From Microcoleus sp. (GTDB taxonomy: Bacteria > Cyanobacteriota > Cyanobacteriia > Cyanobacteriales > Microcoleaceae), in assembly GCA_042408215.1 (NCBI GenBank), contig JAYFMW010000028.1:64001-128000 (forward strand): a stretch of DNA of 64,000 nucleotides, given 5' to 3'. Shown in pieces: positions 43,797 to 53,353 of the stretch. Position numbers and translations under genes: made by a program. The notes beneath the pieces were generated by a model, which made no database searches, had not been told where the DNA came from, and saw only the letters and a program-made list of their open reading frames with translations. How positions within the stretch are numbered: position 1 is the stretch's first letter; each line of letters opens with the position of its first letter.

Positions 43797-44669
43797 TTAG
43801 TGGCGCGGGTAAAGTTTCATCAGTTCCCTCACCTGTTCGGCGTGATAAGAACTGCGAGTCAAGGGAGAAGCGACAACTTGCAAGAATCCCAAAGATTCCC
43901 CAAACTCTCTCCAAGCATCAAACTGTTCTGGCGGCACAAAGTTTTCCACATTCAAGTGCTTTTGAGTTGGTTGCAGGTACTGTCCCATCGTCAAAATATC
44001 GCAGCCCACAGCCCGCAAGTCCTGCATGGCTTCCCGAACTTCCTCGTCTGTTTCTCCCAGTCCCACCATGATGCCAGATTTGGTGTAAACCTCTGGTGCA
44101 AGTTCGCGACTGCGCCTCAATAATTCCAGGGTGCGATCGTAATTTCCTTGTGGCCGCACCTTCCGGTAAAGTCGCTTCACAGTTTCCGTGTTGTGGTTGA
44201 GTACCTCCGGCCGGGCTGCGAGAATAGTGTCTAAAGCTTGCCAGTTGCCGCACAAATCGGGAATCAAAACTTCTATAGTTGTATCGGGCATCGCCGATCG
44301 CACCGCTTGAATGCACTGCACGAACTGGGATGCACCCCCATCGGGCAAATCGTCCCGATTCACCGAGGTAATCACGACGTGCTTGAGTTTGAGGCGCTTC
44401 ACTGCTTGCGCCAATCTTTCCGGCTCCGTCGGATCTAGAGGTTGAGGCTTTTTCTCAAAGTCAATATCGCAGTAAGGACAGGCGCGGGTACAGGCTGGCC
44501 CCATAATTAAAAATGTGGCAGTACCTGCATTGAAGCACTCGCCGATGTTGGGACACGATGCCTCTTCGCAAACCGTATTTAGGGCTAAATCCCGCAAAAT
44601 TTCTTTAACGTTGCCGACGCGCTCCCACTGGGGGGCTTTGACTCGCAACCACTGTGGCTTAACTGTCAC
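43797..44669 (-). CDS. lipA: Lipoyl synthase
   Basis: [28 protein letters not shown]. Confidence 0.96.
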   Translation of the reverse strand: MTVKPQWLRVKAPQWERVGNVKEILRDLALNTVCEEASCPNIGECFNAGTATFLIMGPACTRACPYCDIDFEKKPQPLDPTEPERLAQAVKRLKLKHVVITSVNRDDLPDGGASQFVQCIQAVRSAMPDTTIEVLIPDLCGNWQALDTILAARPEVLNHNTETVKRLYRKVRPQGNYDRTLELLRRSRELAPEVYTKSGIMVGLGETDEEVREAMQDLRAVGCDILTMGQYLQPTQKHLNVENFVPPEQFDAWREFGESLGFLQVVASPLTRSSYHAEQVRELMKLYPRH

Positions 44670-44766
44670 GCCTGTCTCCGCCTGAGTAGTGTTTTACAAA
44701 TTATTATATACGAGCTTGTTCAATTTTGACTTGTATGTGATATATTACTAAGATATTGACTAAATT

Positions 44767-44840
44767 CGGGATGTAGCGCAGCTTGGTAGCGCACCTCGTT
44801 CGGGACGAGGGGGTCGCAGGTTCAAATCCTGTCATCCCGA
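44767..44840 (+). tRNA. trnP: tRNA-Pro(CGG)
   Basis: CGGGATGTAGCGCAGCTTGGTAGCGCACCTCGTTCGGGACGAGGGGGTCGCAGGTTCAAATCCTGTCATCCCGA; anticodon CGG. Confidence 0.96.
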
Positions 44841-45165
44841 TTTTTAAATCAGACCGGAAATTGCTCAGAAACTGAGTTTCTTTGGTGCGATGCTTGGGCG
44901 GTAAATATTTTTTATGGGCGATAAATCTATCGGGCGATCGCAACTCCTGTGAATCGATTTGAGATTTGAGATTTGAGATTTGAGATTGAATATAGAAATT
45001 TAGCCCTGGTTGGAAACCAGATTTAATTAAGAAGACTGGAATATTTCTTAACTATCACTTCTTAAACCTTTACATCTTGAGAGAGATTTATAGATAGCTG
45101 AATAAGCTTACAATCTGATCTTGCTACCCATTTTAAAATCAACTAAAAAATTGGAGGATATTCTG

Positions 45166-46290
45166 ATGCATAAAAGTGGCACAGCCTTCGGATCCTGCAC
45201 TCGCTGCGAAACAGTACCCGACAAAATAGAGGGCAGCGGGGGTCTATACCTATGGTTTCCAGTATCACACACGCTGCATAAGATTATTTCTGCACTGGCC
45301 AAGGCGCAACTTGAATACCTGCTGCTAGAAGACGGGAAGTGTTTGTACGTTGTAATTGACTGGAGGGGAACGGAAAGCTTGAGCAACATAGCATTATCGA
45401 CCCTGACAAATCAAGAGTTAAAAGAGACAAATGTCTTGTGGATGCCGGGAATTGAACAGCCGAAACTCTGCGATTTTTCTAGGCTCACTTCCTTAGACAG
45501 TTTTATTAACTTCAGTAAGTCAGATTGGCTGTTAGATTTATTGTCTCAAGAACGTATTACTACTCATTTTCAGCCAATTGTTTATACCTCAGACACGTCT
45601 CAAATTTTTGCACAAGAAGCGCTGCTGCGAGGAATTGATGAGCAGGGAAACTTAATTCCTCCTGGTCGCATTTTTGCCCAGGCAGAATCAGCGGGGATCA
45701 TTTTTCAACTAGATGCTTTAGCTAGAACTCGCGCTATCCGCGAAGCCAAGGTATACGAGATGAAGGAACTACTTTTTATTAATTTTTCGCCGACTTCTGT
45801 TTACGATCCCGCTACCTGTCTGCGAATGACTGTGAAAGCTATTGATGAATCGGGAATTCCTCACAGCAATATTGTTTTTGAGGTAGCGGAATCTCGGCAC
45901 CCTCCAGATATTGCTCACCTGATTAGGATTCTTGAGTTTTACCGAGAGGCGGGTTTTTTAATTGCACTAGATGATTTTGGCAGCGGTTCTTCTAATTTAA
46001 ACTTGATGCACCAGTTGCGTCCTGATTTTATTAAGTTGGATATGGAATTGATTCGCAATGTCCATCAAGATTATTATAAGGCACTAATTACTGAAAAGAT
46101 GTTAGAAATTGCCTGTAAGTTAGAGATTAAAACTGTTGCTGAAGGTGTGGAAACTTTGGAGGAGTTAGAGTGGGTGCGACAACGGGGAGCAACTTTTGTT
46201 CAAGGTTATTTGATTGCTAAGCCAACTTCTCCGCCGATCGCAGTTACAAGTTATATTGGTGGTGTAGAATCTGAAGCTATTTCTGCTTAA
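45166..46290 (+). CDS. EAL-domain c-di-GMP phosphodiesterase
   Basis: FQPI, EALLR, FINFSP, ALDDFGSG, IKLD, AEGVET, QGYL; GGAGG RBS. Confidence 0.9.
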   Translation: MHKSGTAFGSCTRCETVPDKIEGSGGLYLWFPVSHTLHKIISALAKAQLEYLLLEDGKCLYVVIDWRGTESLSNIALSTLTNQELKETNVLWMPGIEQPKLCDFSRLTSLDSFINFSKSDWLLDLLSQERITTHFQPIVYTSDTSQIFAQEALLRGIDEQGNLIPPGRIFAQAESAGIIFQLDALARTRAIREAKVYEMKELLFINFSPTSVYDPATCLRMTVKAIDESGIPHSNIVFEVAESRHPPDIAHLIRILEFYREAGFLIALDDFGSGSSNLNLMHQLRPDFIKLDMELIRNVHQDYYKALITEKMLEIACKLEIKTVAEGVETLEELEWVRQRGATFVQGYLIAKPTSPPIAVTSYIGGVESEAISA

Positions 46291-46411
46291 AAGGTTTGCA
46301 GTTGGGATGGCTCGTTCCTACGCAGAGCCCATTGGTGACAACTTAATGTCAAACCGACAGTCTTTCTTGTTTGTAGTGAAGTCTTGATCCCCCCTAACCC
46401 CCCTTAATAAG

Positions 46412-47714
46412 CAGGGTGGATTAATTGTCACAGGATAAAGGTATCATAGAATAGGCGATCGGGTATTCAGAACTTGGAAGACTATCAGTCATGGAGTGCA
46501 TCAACAATGAACTTAATTGAAGCAATTAAATCTGTTCCCGACCATCGACAACCGAGAGGAATCAGACATCCTTTATGGCTGATACTAACAATAATTTTTT
46601 TAGGCAGTTGTACGGGATATTGGGGCTATAAGCCCTTGGTTGATTTTACCACAAATCATCGAGCAACCCTCATCAAATTATTTAAGCTGTCACCCGATGT
46701 TAGATTTCCGTCAGACTCGACTTTTAGAAACATAATTCAATCATTAGATTTTGAGATTATCGCCGTCCTTTTTAATGTATGGTCACAACAAAATTTACCG
46801 CTAACCCCGGTCGAATTGATGGCAATCGATGGAAAAGGTATCAAAAGTACCTCAGTCGGTGGCCAGAGTTATTACCAAAATTTGGTCAGCATGGTTTCTG
46901 TCTACAGTCATCATCATGGATGGGTAGTACGACATAAAGTCATGGAAAATCATCATCAAAGCGAAATCTCCGTTGTTGAGGAACTGATCGGAGAACTATC
47001 GGGTTCTCAGGTGGTAATTACAGCGGACGCGCTGCATTGTCAAAAAAAAACGCTGCGGTTAATTATTGATGGTGGTAATGACTATATAGTTACCATTAAA
47101 AAGAATCAATCAAGTCTATTTAAAACAGCTCAGAAAGTAGTAAATTTTGCCGATGCGATCGAGTCACATCACGCTGATGAACGCTTACATGGACGCAGTA
47201 CAGCTCGAATCACCACAATTTATGCCATTGCTCCTCAATTATTACCTTTGTGGGCGGGGGTTAAGCACATAATTGCAATCATCAGAAGTGGCAGCAGATG
47301 GAAAGGTAAAAAAAGTCGGCGTCGATTAGTTGATTTCCATGAATCACACTATTATTTAAGTAGTCTGGACTGGTCAGCTAGTCAATTTGCCGAGGCAATT
47401 CGAGGACACTGGTTAATTGAGAATAGACTGCATTGGGTTAAAGATGTGACGTTAAATGAGGATAACTGTATTCATCGTGGGGGCAACGCAGCAGCTAATT
47501 GGGCAATGGTTAGACAGTTTTTAGTCTCTTTAGCTAGGATGAGTGGGACGAATACTCTTCCACAAGCTTTAAGATTGATGGCTAACCAAGTTGAAAATAT
47601 CAGTGAGTTGCTTTTCGGTTTTTTGACCCGTGACAAACCAGTTAAATCCTTCACGTAGCACGATCGCATTGCCCGATCGGCTTAGTTTATTTTTTCGACA
47701 ATAAATCCACCCTG
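46412..47714 (+). mobile_element. ISAs1-family insertion sequence
   Basis: 18-bp TIRs cagggtggattaattgtc / gacaataaatccaccctg; 19-bp flanking direct repeat cctaaccccccttaataag. Confidence 0.9.
46507..47658 (+). CDS. ISAs1-family DDE transposase
   Basis: VPDHR..RG.RH, AIDGK, TADALHCQK, K.NQ, RGHW.IEN.LHW.KDV...ED. Confidence 0.93.
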   Translation: MNLIEAIKSVPDHRQPRGIRHPLWLILTIIFLGSCTGYWGYKPLVDFTTNHRATLIKLFKLSPDVRFPSDSTFRNIIQSLDFEIIAVLFNVWSQQNLPLTPVELMAIDGKGIKSTSVGGQSYYQNLVSMVSVYSHHHGWVVRHKVMENHHQSEISVVEELIGELSGSQVVITADALHCQKKTLRLIIDGGNDYIVTIKKNQSSLFKTAQKVVNFADAIESHHADERLHGRSTARITTIYAIAPQLLPLWAGVKHIIAIIRSGSRWKGKKSRRRLVDFHESHYYLSSLDWSASQFAEAIRGHWLIENRLHWVKDVTLNEDNCIHRGGNAAANWAMVRQFLVSLARMSGTNTLPQALRLMANQVENISELLFGFLTRDKPVKSFT

Positions 47715-48626
47715 CCTAACCCCCCTTAATAAGGGGGGGAGAAGAGTATTGATCTTTCGTCTCCCTGATTAAGGGGGGAGAAGAGTATTGATCCCCCCTA
47801 ACCCCCCTTAATAAGGGGGGGAGAAGAGTATTGATCTTTCCGTCTCCCTGATTAAGGGGGGAGAAGAGTATTGATCCCCCCTAACCCCCCTTAATAAGGG
47901 GGGGAGAAGAGTATTGATCTTTCGTCTCCCTGATTAAGGGGGGAGAAGAGTATTGATCCCCCCTAACCCCCCTTAATCAGGGGGGAGAAGAGTATTGATC
48001 TTTCGTCTCCCTGATTAAGGGGGGAGAAGAGTATTGATCCCCCCTAACCCCCCTTAATCAGGGGGGGAGAAGAGTATTGATCTTTCCGTCTCCCTGATTA
48101 AGGGGGGAGAAGAGTATTGATCCCCCCTAACCCCCCTTAATCAGGGGGGGAGAAGAGTATTGATCTTTCCGTCTCCCTGATTAAGGGGGGAGAAGAGTAT
48201 TGATCCCCCCTAACCCCCCTTAATCAGGGGGGGAGAAGAGTATTGATCTTTCCGTCTCCCTGATTAAGGGGGGAGAAGAGTATTGATCTTTCCGTCTCCC
48301 TGATTAAGGGGGGAGAAGAGTATTGATCCCCCCTAACCCCCCTTAATCAGGGGGGGAGAAGAGTATTGATATTTCCGTCTCCCTGATTAAGGGGGGAGAA
48401 GAGTATTGATCTTTCGTCTCCCTGATTAAGGGGGGAGAAGAGTATTGATCTTTCGTCTCCCTGATTAAGGGGGGAGAAGAGTATTGATCTTTCGTCTCCC
48501 TGATTAAGGGGGGAGAAGAGTATTGATCTTTCGTCTCCCTGATTAAGGGGGGAGAAGAGTATTGATCTTTCGTCTCCCTGATTAAGGGGGGAGAAGAGTA
48601 TTGATCTTTCGTCTCCCTGATTAAGG
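47715..48626. repeat. Tandem array of two ~42-43 bp palindrome-derived units (alternating, then homogeneous)
   Basis: gagaagagtattgatctttc(c)gtctccctgattaagggggg and gagaagagtattgatcccccctaaccccccttaat(c/a)agggggg. Confidence 0.92.
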
Positions 48627-48852
48627 CAGGGCGGTTTCATTCTCAGGAAAAACAGGGTTTTGTAGGGGTAGTGCTACCCCTACTCCCCGTGCCTACCCCC
48701 CCCCACCAACCATCGAATGGGCATTTCATCCATCTGGGCAATGGTTCGACCCAACGACTGCGTTTATCCTGAGCGAAGCCGAAGGGCTCAGGGCAACGCT
48801 TCGCACGCACCGCCACGGGGGGATTGCCCCTACAAAGAATGAAACAGCCCTG
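48627..48852. mobile_element. Small MITE with CAGGG-starting TIRs
   Basis: cagggcggtttcattct ... agaatgaaacagccctg; interrupts a G-run of the palindrome. Confidence 0.65.
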
Positions 48853-48967
48853 GGGATTTAGGGGGATCTAGACTTCGCCTAAAAGCGACATTTATTGTGG
48901 GTTTCAGTCTTAAGTTGTCACCTATGGGCAGAGCCTGGTAACGAGAAGAACGAGAAGAATTAGCCTT

Positions 48968-49843
48968 TTAAATGCTTAAGTTGCGCCGCAAAAAGCTTTC
49001 TAAGGATTCCATTTTGATGCTGTAAATAGATTCCAAGTTTTGCACTTCTTCGGGAGTGCAGAAAAACTCGTTACCCAGCAATACCCGCAAAGTTCCTAAG
49101 TCTTTTTGAGCTTGAGGATTCAATAAACCCAAGGCATTTCGCAAGCCGTCAAACACAACCAGCGGCGGGTTGATTACCATCGGTTCGCGATTGAATAAGC
49201 GTCCAAAAATGCGGGCAATTTCGTCTCTTGTCAGCACATCCGGGCCGCCGACTGGCAAGATTTGGTTGCGGGCCCCTTCAACAGTTGGCGAGTCTACTGC
49301 AATATGAGCTAAGTCGTCGGTACTGACAACAGATGTGCGGTTTTTGCCGTCGCCAATTAGCAGGTAAAATCCGGTTTCTCGAAATCTTTCTGCTAGCGGT
49401 AACAAGCGGTCAGCAAAACCGGCTGGCCGCAAGATTGTATAATTCAAGCCACTGTTTTGCAGGTATTTTTCAACTTCTCGCTTGGCTTTGAATACTGCGG
49501 AATCTTCGTATCCGCGATCGACTCCCAGTACAGAAAGAAATACAAAGTGCTCTACTCCGGCTGCTTTGGCGCTGTCGATCAATTCTATGTTAGCGCGGTA
49601 GTGTACTGCTTGAACGTCGCCGCCGGTGCCGTGGGTGCTGATGATGTATTTCACGCCTTGGCAGGCTTTTTTAATATCTTTGTCTTGTTTTAAGTCGCCG
49701 ATAAAAATCTCGGCACCTCGGTTTTCTAGTTCTGAGTAGCGAGATGCGAGGCGAACAAATGCGCGAACAGGCTGATCTTGCTGTCTGATTTCTCGTACAA
49801 TTCGGCGGCCTAGGGCGCCTGTTGCTCCGGTTACTAAGAACAT
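48968..49843 (-). CDS. NmrA/NAD(P)-binding atypical SDR protein
   Basis: LVTGATGALGR, AGVEHFVFLS, YTILRP. Confidence 0.85.
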   Translation of the reverse strand: MFLVTGATGALGRRIVREIRQQDQPVRAFVRLASRYSELENRGAEIFIGDLKQDKDIKKACQGVKYIISTHGTGGDVQAVHYRANIELIDSAKAAGVEHFVFLSVLGVDRGYEDSAVFKAKREVEKYLQNSGLNYTILRPAGFADRLLPLAERFRETGFYLLIGDGKNRTSVVSTDDLAHIAVDSPTVEGARNQILPVGGPDVLTRDEIARIFGRLFNREPMVINPPLVVFDGLRNALGLLNPQAQKDLGTLRVLLGNEFFCTPEEVQNLESIYSIKMESLESFLRRNLSI

Positions 49844-49990
49844 GATGTTTGCTGCTTGGTTGTTATTAACTCGATCGGGACTTACGCAGAGGGTCTAGAA
49901 ACCCGGTTTCTTAAATTTCTCGTTGCTAAACCTAAGATTTATCGTAGAAACCGGGTTTCTTTTGCCTTAGTTTTATTTATAACTCATAAA

Positions 49991-50776
49991 TCAAATTTCG
50001 ACAATTACCGGGGTGTGGTCGCTGGGTTTGACCAATTTTCTGGGAGCAATGTCTATTGTACAGTTTTTTGCTTGTTCGTACAGGGGAGGGCTGAGATAAT
50101 GGTGGTCGATTCTCCAGCCGTTGTTGCGGGGAAATGCGGCGGCGCGGTAGTCCCACCAGCTATAATGGCCGCCTTCTGATGTGAATTTGCGAAAGGGGTC
50201 GTTTAATCCTAATTCTATGATTTCTGTGAGTGCGAGGCGTTCGGGGACAGATAAGCCGACGGAGTTGGCATTGGCTTTGGGATTGTGGATATCTCGATCG
50301 TCCGGGACGATGTTGAAGTCGCCGCAAATGCACAAGTTGGGGGATTTGTCTAGTGCTATTTTGAGGTATTCTTGCAGCAGTTTGAGCCACTTTAGTTTGT
50401 ACTCATATTTCTCGCTGCCGACTTCGGAACCGTTGGGAACGTATACGCAAATGATGCAAATATCGTCTATAACCCCGGCTATTAGGCGTTTTTGTTCGTC
50501 AAACATACCTGCGGTTTCGTCGCCGAGAATGGGGGCAAATCCGCTGCTAATTTGCTCTAGGGGCGATCGGCTAAAAATGGCGACGCCGTTGTAGGATTTT
50601 TGACCGGAAATGTAACAGTTGTAGCCGAGGTTGATGAAGGGTTCTAGGGGAAAGTCTTTGTCTATGACTTTGGTTTCTTGGAGGCAGAGAACGTCTGGGG
50701 AGTTTGTTTGCAACCAGCTAATAACCTGTTCTGAGCGGGTGCGGATTGAGTTGACGTTCCAGGTGGCGATTTTCAT
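49991..50776 (-). CDS. xth: Exodeoxyribonuclease III
   Basis: MKIATWNVNSIR, LQETK, GDFNI, WWDYR, RIDH, SDHTPV. Confidence 0.95.
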   Translation of the reverse strand: MKIATWNVNSIRTRSEQVISWLQTNSPDVLCLQETKVIDKDFPLEPFINLGYNCYISGQKSYNGVAIFSRSPLEQISSGFAPILGDETAGMFDEQKRLIAGVIDDICIICVYVPNGSEVGSEKYEYKLKWLKLLQEYLKIALDKSPNLCICGDFNIVPDDRDIHNPKANANSVGLSVPERLALTEIIELGLNDPFRKFTSEGGHYSWWDYRAAAFPRNNGWRIDHHYLSPPLYEQAKNCTIDIAPRKLVKPSDHTPVIVEI

Positions 50777-50925
50777 TAATATAGTAATCCTAACGGTGAT
50801 GTGGGGGGAACCCAAATTCGGATGACTCGGCGGTTGAAACCGCTACTACACAAACAAAGTCCGCCTGCGCGGACTAATAATAAAAGCGATCGCACCTATT
50901 TTAACCTATTTGATTCCCGTTCAAC

Positions 50926-51315
50926 TCACTTGATTTGATAAATATAAGCATCTTCGATCCACGTCTGATTAACCCGATTATTTGTCATTCTTCTGCCTGA
51001 TAAGTCTAAATTCCAATCTTGTTGTAACTGACGTAATCCCTCAATTAATTCATGTTTTGGGCTTACTGCTACAATCGCTGTCCAATCGATTTTCAAGTCG
51101 GGTTTAACTTCGCGAAAAACTGACAGAATTTCATAATAAGTTTTAAGAGGCCCTTTGCTATCGTACAGAGGTGAGGTGAGCATCAGCCGCCATGTTTCCG
51201 GTTCGGGCGCGTAGGTCCAGAGAGCCGAATCAACTGATAAATCTGCTGCATTGAGAGCGTCTATTAGTCTTTGACCTTCTTCTATTTCTTGACTTACCAA
51301 TGTTGCTGTAGCCAT
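50926..51315 (-). CDS. Hypothetical protein
   Basis: 129-aa ORF with ggag RBS; no catalytic motif recognised. Confidence 0.6.
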   Translation of the reverse strand: MATATLVSQEIEEGQRLIDALNAADLSVDSALWTYAPEPETWRLMLTSPLYDSKGPLKTYYEILSVFREVKPDLKIDWTAIVAVSPKHELIEGLRQLQQDWNLDLSGRRMTNNRVNQTWIEDAYIYQIK

Positions 51316-51480
51316 TGTAAAACTCCGTGATAGGGATCGGTAATTGCTGAGTAAATGCAGATTCAAGACTTACGCATCAATATCAAAGAAACCGGGTTTT
51401 TTTACCAAATTCAAGGCTAAGATGCAGTATTTTCGTAAAAAACCCGGTTTCTGCCTCCACGACTAAGATGGATAAGTTTA

Positions 51481-53136
51481 TTAGTTTTTGCTTCTGGTTT
51501 TGTTGATTATATTCTGTCTGATTACTGGTTGAATTGTCAAGTACGATCGCCCATTTTGTTTTACTGTTTCAACTAATGACCGCCGTCCTAAAGATTGGAT
51601 GACTTTCAATAATTCTGGCGGTGATAGTTGCAGGTTTTCTGGTATTTTTGAGATGTCGGCTGGTTCGGGGGTACTTGCTAGCCAAGCGATAACTTGTTGT
51701 TCGGATGCGGTTAGGCGATCGCACTGCTGGTCTAGGAGTGATTCTAAGTCACCTAAGAATAGGGTATCATAGGATAGGAATTCGGAAACGCTGCCGCCGA
51801 ATAAGTCTTGAATCAATGTGGCAACTATATTTAACCATAAGGGATTGCCTCGGTAAAGGTCGATTAGTTCTGACCATTTATCGGGTTCTGCTAAACCTTT
51901 TTCTCTGAATATTTCTTGTGCTTCGGGGCCTAAACCGTTGAGTTGCAGAGATTTGCAGGGGCGGTTTTCGCCTTCTAAGGCGGCGATTTCTCTGGGTTTT
52001 TCCCAACTCAGGAGAATTAAGCAACTGTTGTGGGATGATTCTGTTAGTTGTTTGAAGAATGGGCCGTAATTTTCATAGCCTGGTTGGTAATTTCCTGCGA
52101 GTTGTTGGCTGCTGAAGATGGTTTGGATATCATCGAGGATGATGAGACAGCGGTGCGATCGTAAATAGTTGATTACCCCCCCCAACCCCCCCTTGCTAAG
52201 GGGGGGAGAAAGAGGTTGAATCTCTTCGCCGCGCCGGGGAGAAAGAGGTTGAATGTCTTCGCCGCGCCGGGGAGAAAGAGGTTGAATCTCTGCGCCGCGC
52301 CGGGGAGAAAGAGGTTGAATCTCTGCGCCGCGCCGGGGAGAAAGAGGTTGAATCTCTTCGCCGCGCCGGGGAGAAAGAGGTTGAATCTCTTCGCCGCGCT
52401 GGGGAGAAAGAGGTTGAATCTCTTCGCCCCCCCTTGATAAGGGGGGGTTGGGGGGGTTAGTTTCTTGCTGCTGGGAGAGGAATTTAATTAAGTCGGTTTG
52501 GAGTGATGCGAGGGGTGGAGAGTTGCGGAGACTTCGCCAGATAATGTAATCGAATTCGTGTTGAATTTGTGGAATTAGTTGGAGTGTCAGGGCGGTTTTG
52601 CCAATACCGGATAAGCCTAAGATGGTGATGAGGCGGGTGCGGGCTAAAATCCAGTTTTGGAGGGTGGTGAGTTCGGATGTGCGGTTATAGAATAGGTTGG
52701 GTTCTGGTGCGTCGCCTAAGTCTAAATGTATTTTAGGTTCGGAATTGCTTGTTTTTTCGTTAAACTTATCCTTGTTTTGCGGTTCAGATTGTAATTTTTT
52801 TGAGGGTTGCGAACTATCAGCAGAGATGTTACCAATATGGATGCAGCCATTCCCGACGAGTGAGACAATATTAGAAGCTTGTAAATTTTCCAATTTAGCT
52901 CTAAAATTTGCTTTAGATACTTGTTCCTCACCTAATGCAACTGATAGAAGTTTCCATAATTTAAAGCCAACTTCTTTAATGTATTTCTCTGAACGGTTGT
53001 GATGCTGTGCAATTTCCTTATATTTTTGATTGTTCCAAGCGCCGCGTAGTATAGCTTTTTGCAGACTATCTAAGTGTTTTCCCGTAGTAGTCAAAGCTAG
53101 ATTGTCAGTAAATTTTAAGGCTTCTTCAATATCCAT
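51481..53136 (-). CDS. HTH + NB-ARC (STAND) ATPase without C-terminal sensor repeats; carries an in-frame repeat insertion
   Basis: N-terminal HLDSLQKAILRGAW..Y.EIA..LWKLLS..LG HTH; Walker A GLSGIGKT; Walker B CLIILDD; GNPLWL. Confidence 0.85.
   Translation of the reverse strand: MDIEEALKFTDNLALTTTGKHLDSLQKAILRGAWNNQKYKEIAQHHNRSEKYIKEVGFKLWKLLSVALGEEQVSKANFRAKLENLQASNIVSLVGNGCIHIGNISADSSQPSKKLQSEPQNKDKFNEKTSNSEPKIHLDLGDAPEPNLFYNRTSELTTLQNWILARTRLITILGLSGIGKTALTLQLIPQIQHEFDYIIWRSLRNSPPLASLQTDLIKFLSQQQETNPPNPPLSRGGEEIQPLSPQRGEEIQPLSPRRGEEIQPLSPRRGAEIQPLSPRRGAEIQPLSPRRGEDIQPLSPRRGEEIQPLSPPLSKGGLGGVINYLRSHRCLIILDDIQTIFSSQQLAGNYQPGYENYGPFFKQLTESSHNSCLILLSWEKPREIAALEGENRPCKSLQLNGLGPEAQEIFREKGLAEPDKWSELIDLYRGNPLWLNIVATLIQDLFGGSVSEFLSYDTLFLGDLESLLDQQCDRLTASEQQVIAWLASTPEPADISKIPENLQLSPPELLKVIQSLGRRSLVETVKQNGRSYLTIQPVIRQNIINKTRSKN
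52176..52456. repeat. In-frame 33-bp x ~7 array bounded by C6-TTGnTAA-G6 palindromes
   Basis: Encodes NPPLSRGG-(EEIQPLSPRRG)n-PPLSKGGLGG. Confidence 0.9.
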
Positions 53137-53177
53137 TAGTCACGCAGATGCAAGGGTTTGACTTGATTGTAACCCGA

Positions 53178-53300
53178 CTAAACATGACTTTTTCGGTATG
53201 AACCAGCTAAATATGACTTTTTATGACTTAGTTGCAATTAAAAAAAACTACTAAACATGGCTTTATCTGGCTTGACAAGATTTGACACTTAGGGAATAAT
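53178..53300 (+). promoter_or_regulatory. Three CTAAAYATGRCTTT direct repeats plus sigma70-type promoter TTGACA-N17-AATAAT
   Basis: Repeats at 53178, 53207, 53251; -35 at 53272, -10 at 53295. Confidence 0.6.
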
Positions 53301-53353
53301 TTATACTTAAGACAGCAAAATATTATGCTAAGCGCTACTTGTATCTACCTGTT

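Larger units (their letters stand above)
46330..48926. mobile_element. MITE (same TIR family as 1324-1554) expanded by nested insertions
   Basis: cattggtgacaacttaa...ttaagttgtcacctatg flanked by cgcagagcc/ggcagagcc, inside a ctcgttcc...aacgag palindrome. Confidence 0.72.

Noticed and set aside
44767..44840. tRNA-Pro (or tRNA-Thr) as an integration site for an island
   Set aside because: No integrase gene, and no separate duplicated tRNA 3' end seen in the window.
48347..48640. 97-aa PLNQGDERSILFS repeat ORF
   Set aside because: Product of the 42-bp tandem array inside a nested MITE.
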